Program-made: the position numbers and the translations under genes
Assembly: GCA_943356485.1 (NCBI GenBank)
Contig: CALRFD010000002.1
Coordinates: 136,156-200,155 of the forward strand
Length of the DNA stretch: 64,000 nucleotides
Direction of reading: 5' to 3'
Source of the DNA: Patescibacteria group bacterium
Lineage (GTDB): Bacteria > Patescibacteriota > Microgenomatia > Daviesbacterales > UBA10151
In this document: in pieces, positions 58,901 through 64,000 of the stretch
Position numbering within the stretch: position 1 is the stretch's first letter
How the letters are laid out: every line of letters starts with the position of its first letter
Notes under the pieces: model-generated
Seen by the model: the letters and a program-made list of their open reading frames with translations, nothing else
Told to the model about the DNA's origin: nothing
The model's database searches: none

Positions 58901-60590
58901 GAATATTTGGATCGATTAAGTCGAAAAGCTCACGGGCTTTAAATAACTGAATCAATAGAGGTTCTTTTCTACTGCCATCAAATATATCATTTTCATATTG
59001 GAAGAAATTTTGGGGCTGAATCAAAATACCTTTACCTTTTAATTCGTCTATAAAAACCTGAAATTCTGGACTTACTAATATCTCTCTTCTGTACTGAGTC
59101 CTTTGCAAGTTTTTTAATTCGTCAGGATATACCAAGGTTTTTAACACTTCAAGCTTACTATCATTCATGTATTTATCAGAGCCATATTTTCCATCCAGTG
59201 AAGAAAATATCAAATTATTAATAGTTACTAGCTCTTTTCTGGCTGGATATAACTCAGCTACAAGGCTTGCTGGAACATTTACTCCAGCCATTTTCCGTAA
59301 TACTTTGGCAAAGGCTTGTTTTTCTTTATCAAACAGCACAGTCCTAACAGCAGGCTTTGCTAAAAATTGCAGTAGATTTTGATTAAGTTGTCTTTGTTTA
59401 GGAACTTCAGATGCTTCATAAGACCTACGGGTTTCAAAAATTGATCCCTCTATTGTCACTCCGGAATTGATTAAGATAGTAAGAGGTGAAAGCAGCTTAT
59501 CCTGCTCTAGCGCATTTAAAGAATCAAATACAGAAAAACCTTGTTCCAAACTAGGAATCACACCTGCTTCCATCCCTACTGCCAGAAACTCAAGTTTGTC
59601 CGGATTATTAATCAACTCATAATAGGCAGGCAGCTCGGCTACCTTAACCCTCCTCCCTAGTGACCTTGCCAAAACTCCAGCTTTTTCAAAAAATTCTGGA
59701 GTATAGATAGAAATGTCTACTTCTTTTGCGACTGCACTTAATTCATCTATCTGCGTTTTTTCACCGTTCCACTGACGCAACTCCCAATTCTCATGCGGAA
59801 GCGAGTCCATTCCTCTAATTAAGGGCAACACCTGCTCTAGGTTTGGATCTTGTAATAGCTCTATAAATTTGGTCGCCTCAGAAGAAGAGCTTTTTAACTG
59901 ATATGATTCTAGAAAATAAGAATTAAATCTCTTCTGTGGCTCAAGTGCTTTAAAAAGCGGTATCGCATCAACTCCTGTTTCCAATAGTTTTTTTATAACA
60001 GGAATGTTGTCTACCCCTACATTAAAGACTGAATCCTTTAACATATGAAACTTTATCTTTCCTTTTTCAAAAGAAGAGCCAAAATAACCTCTAAAACCTT
60101 TTGTTCGCCATTCTTGAATAATTCTATTTTTTTCCTCATAGGAGATACCTGCATTATATGATTTATCAAGTGAGGTAGTTTTTATAAAGGTAGTTTCAAA
60201 ATATTCAACCAGACTGTTAAATCCTTCAATATCTTTAACTCCCTTAAATCTCGCTAAAACTTCTAAACCCTTATGGCGGATTTTATCCAGGCCAGTAAAC
60301 GTCCGCGTTCTTTCAGCCTCGGGAGTAACAGAATAATTTTCCGGGTTTATATGTTTACTAAAAACCTCGAAGTGATCCTGAGGCATTTCCTGGTGGATTT
60401 CGATCAAAGCTTTTTGATATTCTACCTCTGGATCTAATAAGCTTACCTTAACAATCTTTTCTGATGGCTTTATTAACACATCATTAGATGTTGCAGCTTC
60501 TGGATGTAAAGCCTCAGGAGCTTTTTCCAAAGCCTTATCTTCTTCCGGGATTATTCCTGCTTGTTGGTCTGGTGATGACAGTCCTGGCAT
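55956..60590 (-). CDS. giant (1544 aa) orphan cytoplasmic protein with C-terminal HD-superfamily phosphohydrolase-like motif; N-terminal ~1300 aa unassigned
   Basis: Uninterrupted 4.6-kb ORF; near C-terminus H...HD...H...D order: LDQHTLMAM, LSLHDLGKP (HDxGK), QQHEYT, QDY/CDAG; no signal peptide or TM. Confidence 0.6.
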   Translation of the reverse strand: MPGLSSPDQQAGIIPEEDKALEKAPEALHPEAATSNDVLIKPSEKIVKVSLLDPEVEYQKALIEIHQEMPQDHFEVFSKHINPENYSVTPEAERTRTFTGLDKIRHKGLEVLARFKGVKDIEGFNSLVEYFETTFIKTTSLDKSYNAGISYEEKNRIIQEWRTKGFRGYFGSSFEKGKIKFHMLKDSVFNVGVDNIPVIKKLLETGVDAIPLFKALEPQKRFNSYFLESYQLKSSSSEATKFIELLQDPNLEQVLPLIRGMDSLPHENWELRQWNGEKTQIDELSAVAKEVDISIYTPEFFEKAGVLARSLGRRVKVAELPAYYELINNPDKLEFLAVGMEAGVIPSLEQGFSVFDSLNALEQDKLLSPLTILINSGVTIEGSIFETRRSYEASEVPKQRQLNQNLLQFLAKPAVRTVLFDKEKQAFAKVLRKMAGVNVPASLVAELYPARKELVTINNLIFSSLDGKYGSDKYMNDSKLEVLKTLVYPDELKNLQRTQYRREILVSPEFQVFIDELKGKGILIQPQNFFQYENDIFDGSRKEPLLIQLFKARELFDLIDPNIPKRIIESIEDRYLELDWLSTLVPYIDTITLLKKYGVPLDLENFKNADWIKKVNYMSLKNFYVFSRIPEDKKGEWLKAIINLPEGLQDSIAASAYDKNHQNIINSEYIDRVLKLSNILSSSDFFLKELSGRSYWELMEVYEPLGQYKGDVDLLFTDNKPNAQFAKLLIEQKKPRGLFLVLRPDIWNSFEGDSPKALREWGYLDDQLRIKCAEEIDFPDIKPEIMDRYRMANDIKRFAHTESLSDSLVDICLHGDYKSLFTGFGYDRRPSRILIDAVIRTQDYQLLTKLLSEEVLSQYNSNERSVFITWQDLPDDLRRRVIQEYPNFPDIPLAQAEKYRVAGEATVRIKNSSSAEIKRLETEIVQQLWQTENPKYYLDRIIEVFEKNNLPYVGKVYRVFEILHHPAKFQEKIDGKKNILSPILVNADNSRRYAIIYRDLLKVAIDSGNPSLLNFLQTLQSSQQVIDEVEQHGAGVLEGKENSSKREQAIRFLNRMDVLYANSQFGRRKNAQPTIGLEVQERVIELKRNLGIDGNQRLLERVSSMFLRPLGFRTIQEALEQMALVKKVGGSRNIQYAKEALEEAKSIVIHEGDLLKGINTEFLENILLNGSLAKEYLGASADSDHTPFDTDVTRIMVDQEGQDLKTVIANSKSSIYGELLLVFRDRGQFQNSREEQSPHYSSNKYELFFSGVASSNHYGIRTGIASTEIDVMIAKDSLTSNEAEMQRIYFTIAQNGFYIPVVNVEGKIIFTPEMYEEYKVKNEEVRNILDKKDFTPSELIQTLKKSPFMQHLYESSVGVWEGYTLDQHTLMAMGQYEKYFADRWKSPLISQEGFRMMLSLHDLGKPLSVQIAKTTSQQHEYTMKFLPGIIQGVGFKPQEMEVMVAIANQDYLGEYLQGHLTGEDAAESIRDAAQESGIPVSQFFELLKMYFMCDAGAYTEDAGGSASLDRLFVFRKPDTNLKGQASLSEETQKKIDEISRLLQT

Positions 60591-60639
60591 AGTTTTATTT
60601 TGACTGGTATGCTCTTATTTCAAGTTTAGCACAGAACTT

Positions 60640-62019
60640 TCAGGTTTTAATATGGGATCCTTGCGGAGTATCTTCAACTTCATATCCTAATTTTTTAATC
60701 TCTTTTCTTAATTTATCCGACTGCTCAAAGTTTCCTTTTTTTCTGGATTCCTCCCTTTTTTCAACTAATTTCATAACTTCTTCCGGTATTTCTATTTGTT
60801 TCCCTATATATTGATCCAATCCTAATCCCAGGATTTTATCCATCTTTAAAATTGTGGCTGATTTACTAGCTGTTGGATAACTTGCATGTATCATCTCCCA
60901 AAGTTGTCCAACAGCTTGTGGTATATTTAAGTCACTGTTGGCAGCCTCAACAAACTTCTGCCAAAATTGGTCTATAACCTCCTTAGGTTGTTCCCAAGCT
61001 CTAATCTCTTCTCTTAAATTATTTAAAGCATTCTGAGCGGCCTGCAAAGATTGCCAGGTAAAATTTATCTTATCCCGATAATGGGCGGTTAAAAACAGGT
61101 ACCTTAAAGCCAGAGGCTCAAACCCTTTGTCAATAATTTCCTCAATACGGTAGAAATTCTTTTTCGATTTACTCATCTTCTCCCCGTCAACCTGCAGAAA
61201 ATTATGATGCACCCAAAATCTAACAAATGTTTTTCCGCTTGCCCCCTCTGACTGAGCAATTTCATTTGTATGATGAACTGGAATATGGTCAATCCCTCCT
61301 GTATGAATATCCAGGCTATCCCCCAAATACTCCATACTCATGGCTGAACATTCTATGTGCCACCCGGGAAACCCTTCACCCCAGGGAGATGACCACTTCA
61401 TTGAATGGTCAGCAAAATGACCTACAGTGAAAAACCAAAGAGCAAAGTCTTGCGGGTTTTTCTTCTGTTTATCTACCACTACCTCAGCTCTTGCTCCAAT
61501 TTGTTTTTCTTCCAGTCTTTGCCCGGATAGCTTTGTATAGTCAGGAAATTTTGAGATATCAAAATAAATCGCCTCCGGAGTTTGATAGATAAAACCGTTT
61601 TTTTCCAATCTTTGTATCAACTTAATCTGTTCCTTTATATGATCTGTCGCCTTAGCAACTACACTTGGCCGCTCAATATTAACTGCCTCTGTAGATTTCC
61701 AGAAATAATCTTCATAAAATTTAGCTACCTCCCAAACCGTTCTTCCGGATTCTCTTGCCCCTTTTTCCATCTTATCTTCTCCCGAGTCTTCATCAGAAAC
61801 TAAGTGACCGACATCAGTAATATTCATCACATGTTTAACTTCATATTCATCCATTTCCAAAACCCTTCTTAAAATATCATCTCCTATATATTTCCTAAGA
61901 TGTCCAATATGTGTATAGTCATAAACCGTCGGGCCGCAAGCATACATTCCCACTTTAGGTGGATTTAGCGGTATAAAGTTTTCAATCTTACGCGATAAAG
62001 TATTATAAAGTCTTAACAT
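60640..62019 (-). CDS. cysS: cysteinyl-tRNA synthetase
   Basis: N-terminus LYNTLSRKIENF...MYACGPTVYDYTHIGHLR (HIGH) and KMSKS. Confidence 0.9.
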   Translation of the reverse strand: MLRLYNTLSRKIENFIPLNPPKVGMYACGPTVYDYTHIGHLRKYIGDDILRRVLEMDEYEVKHVMNITDVGHLVSDEDSGEDKMEKGARESGRTVWEVAKFYEDYFWKSTEAVNIERPSVVAKATDHIKEQIKLIQRLEKNGFIYQTPEAIYFDISKFPDYTKLSGQRLEEKQIGARAEVVVDKQKKNPQDFALWFFTVGHFADHSMKWSSPWGEGFPGWHIECSAMSMEYLGDSLDIHTGGIDHIPVHHTNEIAQSEGASGKTFVRFWVHHNFLQVDGEKMSKSKKNFYRIEEIIDKGFEPLALRYLFLTAHYRDKINFTWQSLQAAQNALNNLREEIRAWEQPKEVIDQFWQKFVEAANSDLNIPQAVGQLWEMIHASYPTASKSATILKMDKILGLGLDQYIGKQIEIPEEVMKLVEKREESRKKGNFEQSDKLRKEIKKLGYEVEDTPQGSHIKT

Positions 62020-62498
62020 TATCCTCCCATTCCTCCTTTTTTCTCATGTTTACCAACAAATGCCAAAGCCGGATTTTCTTTAACAGCTGTCTGCTGCATT
62101 TGCATCTGTTTTTTCTGCTGCTGCTCCTGCACTTGAGCATGAATTCTTTCCTTTTCTTTTTGCTCATTCTCCGCTCTTACCTTATTTTGTTCTGTCTCTA
62201 GATTTTTAAACCATTGCCTGGTATAGGCAAGTTTTTGTTGTGTCTCAACCTGCTCTTTTTGAGCATTCTGTTGCTGTTGTTGAATTTGCTGGGGAGTGAG
62301 TTGAGAAGATGCCGCAGTTTGAGCCCCTTGTTCTGCTGCCTGCATTCCAGATTCTATAACATCTCCTGCTACTTCTTTTACAACCTCTACCGCCTCCCCT
62401 GTTATTTGTCCTATTGCGCCCATTACAGAATTAGCCATGACTGTATTATAAATAACCAAGTATCTAAGTAACAAGTAACAAACAAGTTCAAATATCAA
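62019..62498 (-). CDS. Gln-rich coiled-coil hypothetical protein (true start possibly internal Met)
   Basis: 159-aa ORF, QQIQQQQQNAQKEQ low-complexity, C-terminal KKGGMGG. Confidence 0.4.
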   Translation of the reverse strand: MIFELVCYLLLRYLVIYNTVMANSVMGAIGQITGEAVEVVKEVAGDVIESGMQAAEQGAQTAASSQLTPQQIQQQQQNAQKEQVETQQKLAYTRQWFKNLETEQNKVRAENEQKEKERIHAQVQEQQQKKQMQMQQTAVKENPALAFVGKHEKKGGMGG

Positions 62499-62561
62499 AT
62501 TTTTAAATGTTTAAAATTTGGTTATCGTTTGGAATACTTGGAATCTTGTATCTTGGAAAGC

Positions 62562-63158
62562 TTAATATTCATTTCTTCCTTCCAGCGCCCTGGACAAAGT
62601 TGTTTGGTCTGCGTATTCTATATCTGAGCCAACCGGTAAACCTCTTGCTATCCGCGTTATCTTAATACCTAGTGGTGAAATAAGTCTTTGGATATACATC
62701 GCAGTTGCTTCCCCTTCCATTGTTGGATTAGTTGCAAGTATTATTTCTTTTACTCTTTCATCTTTAAGCCTTGGCAGTATCTCTCTTATATGCAACTCAT
62801 CCGGTCCAATATTTTCCAGCGGGGAAATAACCCCATGTAAAACATGGTATAGCGCCTTAAAATTGGCCTTTTCTAAAGCTAAAACATCAAGGGGATTTTC
62901 TACCACCATAATTATGGATTGATCGCGTACGGGATCTGTACAGATATTACAGGAATCCGATTCCCCAATATTAAAACAGGTTGAGCAGATAATGATTTTT
63001 TCTTTCATTTCTACTGCTGCATCAGCTAGTTTTTTCGATTCCTCAATTGGGGCATGCAGTAGATAAAAGGTTAACCGCTCAGCTGTTTTGGGACCAATTC
63101 CGGGCAATCTTTCAAAAGCCTCTATTAAATTTTGGATTGGTTTTGGGACGGTTGCCAT
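62562..63158 (-). CDS. recR: recombination protein RecR
   Basis: N-terminus LIEAFERLPGIGPKTAERL (HhH), C4 zinc finger CSTCFNIGESDSCNIC, Toprim domain. Confidence 0.9.
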   Translation of the reverse strand: MATVPKPIQNLIEAFERLPGIGPKTAERLTFYLLHAPIEESKKLADAAVEMKEKIIICSTCFNIGESDSCNICTDPVRDQSIIMVVENPLDVLALEKANFKALYHVLHGVISPLENIGPDELHIREILPRLKDERVKEIILATNPTMEGEATAMYIQRLISPLGIKITRIARGLPVGSDIEYADQTTLSRALEGRNEY

Positions 63159-63189
63159 GATTAGTGGATTTTAGCATCTAAGCTTCCCT

Positions 63190-63203
63190 TTGTCATTCTG
63201 AAC
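63190..63203. repeat. left inverted repeat (GTCATTCTGA) flanking the GIY-YIG gene, followed by hairpin TCTCAC-GGAT-GTGAGA
   Basis: gtcattctga at left; tcaggatgac (reverse complement gtcatcctga) at 63555-63564. Confidence 0.45.
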
Positions 63204-63245
63204 GATCAGTGAAGAATCTCTCACGGATGTGAGATACTTCTAATT

Positions 63246-63521
63246 ATGCCCTACTATGTATATATCCTGACAAATAAATCTAATACACTTTATGTAGGTG
63301 TAACTAATAATATAGATCGCAGAATACATGAACACTCAACAAAAACAAATCACTTTACAAGCAAATACAATATAAATAAATTAATCTACTATCAAGAATT
63401 TAATCAGGTTTTGGATGCAATAAATGCTGAAAAGAAGATTAAAGGCTGGACAAGAAAAAAGAAAATACAACTAATAAAATCGATTAACCCTGAATTTAAG
63501 AATCTTTTAGATGGAATCTGA
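63246..63521 (+). CDS. GIY-YIG nuclease superfamily small protein (UPF0213/YhbQ-like)
   Basis: YYVYILTNKSNTLYVGVTNNIDRRIHEH (GIY...YIG...R...H) in 91 aa. Confidence 0.8.
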   Translation: MPYYVYILTNKSNTLYVGVTNNIDRRIHEHSTKTNHFTSKYNINKLIYYQEFNQVLDAINAEKKIKGWTRKKKIQLIKSINPEFKNLLDGI

Positions 63522-63552
63522 CATAAAGTCAGAGATCCTTCGTCCGCCTCTG

Positions 63553-63566
63553 GTGGACTCAGGATG
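63553..63566. repeat. right inverted repeat (TCAGGATGAC) flanking the GIY-YIG gene
   Basis: 9/10 match to reverse complement of left repeat. Confidence 0.45.
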
Positions 63567-63579
63567 ACTCCTTCGCTCG

Positions 63580-63885
63580 TCACATCCCCGGGATGCCCAT
63601 ACCACCCATCATTGGTTTCATCTCATCTGCTGCAACTTTTTGGGATTGTTTTAATGCTTCATTAACAGCTTCTGTAATTTTTCCAAAATCGCCGTCCCCA
63701 GAGATGGAAACTACTTTTTGATCTGCGGTCATTACAACTGTAACCCCTTTATGCTCCACAGTAATCTTGATTCCACCTAACTTTTTTTGAATTTCCATTG
63801 CCTGGTCTCGCATCTTCTTAAGATCACCCAGCTGTTTTAGATTGTCCATGAAACCCATAACAGTATTATACAAAAATTGGGTCAA
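63580..63885 (-). CDS. ybaB: nucleoid-associated protein YbaB/EbfC
   Basis: ~100 aa, C-terminal MMGGMGIPGM tail typical of YbaB; adjacent to recR. Confidence 0.85.
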   Translation of the reverse strand: MTQFLYNTVMGFMDNLKQLGDLKKMRDQAMEIQKKLGGIKITVEHKGVTVVMTADQKVVSISGDGDFGKITEAVNEALKQSQKVAADEMKPMMGGMGIPGM

Positions 63886-64000
63886 TAAACAATAGCTATA
63901 AAATTAAGATTAATTACTTGAATTTAACTGTTTTATTAAGTTTCTTTTTGTAGATGCGAGGCGCCTACTCACATTTCTAATATGCATCTGCCTATCATCC

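Noticed and set aside
62499-62561. CTTGGAA-like triple repeat upstream of the Q-rich ORF/cysS operon
   Set aside because: Very short and degenerate (cttggaatacttggaatcttgtatcttggaaag). Plausibly promoter-associated but could arise by chance in AT-rich DNA.
63886-64000. Possible partial ncRNA or stem-loop at window edge upstream of ybaB
   Set aside because: Only a weak 6-bp stem (AGATGC/GCATCT) with a long loop. Truncated by the window end, no conserved SRP/tmRNA motifs recognised.

Overview
The window is AT-rich (roughly one-third GC), densely packed, standard genetic code, with no rRNA, tRNA or CRISPR array found by eye. The content and style suggest a small-genome bacterium, possibly Patescibacteria/CPR-like, but that is inference. 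Gene content in order: (i) a Fic AMPylase cassette inserted at the 3' end of ychF (1-2.6 kb). (ii) An envelope and accessory block of an MBOAT/DHHW acylation pair, many secreted or membrane hypotheticals, a retropepsin-like two-gene module and three tandem paralogs (2.8-12 kb). (iii) Housekeeping genes: ABC-F, msrB, rpoD, a glutamine synthetase family protein, DEAD-box helicase (13-22 kb). (iv) A cell-envelope cluster: GT-C glycosyltransferase, two NodB deacetylases, CDF transporter, LemA, a membrane-anchored GH25 lysozyme and a class A beta-lactamase-like fusion protein (18-32 kb). (v) A large purine and GMP biosynthesis supercluster (32.4-50.5 kb): purM-like, prs, purC, purE, purB, purH, two archaeal-type purP paralogs, purA, guaA, purQ, a PurS-PurL fusion, purN and purF, interrupted by a HigB/HigA-like toxin-antitoxin pair. 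(vi) dgkA, PAP2, gdh, M16 peptidase, cmk, rarA, cysS, recR, ybaB, plus a 1544-aa orphan protein whose only recognisable region is a C-terminal HD-type phosphohydrolase motif (56-60.6 kb), and a mini GIY-YIG gene bounded by inverted repeats at the right edge. The strongest leads are the giant HD-motif protein, the Fic cassette bounded by a duplicated ychF 3' end, the purH plus 2x purP redundancy, and the toxin-antitoxin insertion inside the pur locus.
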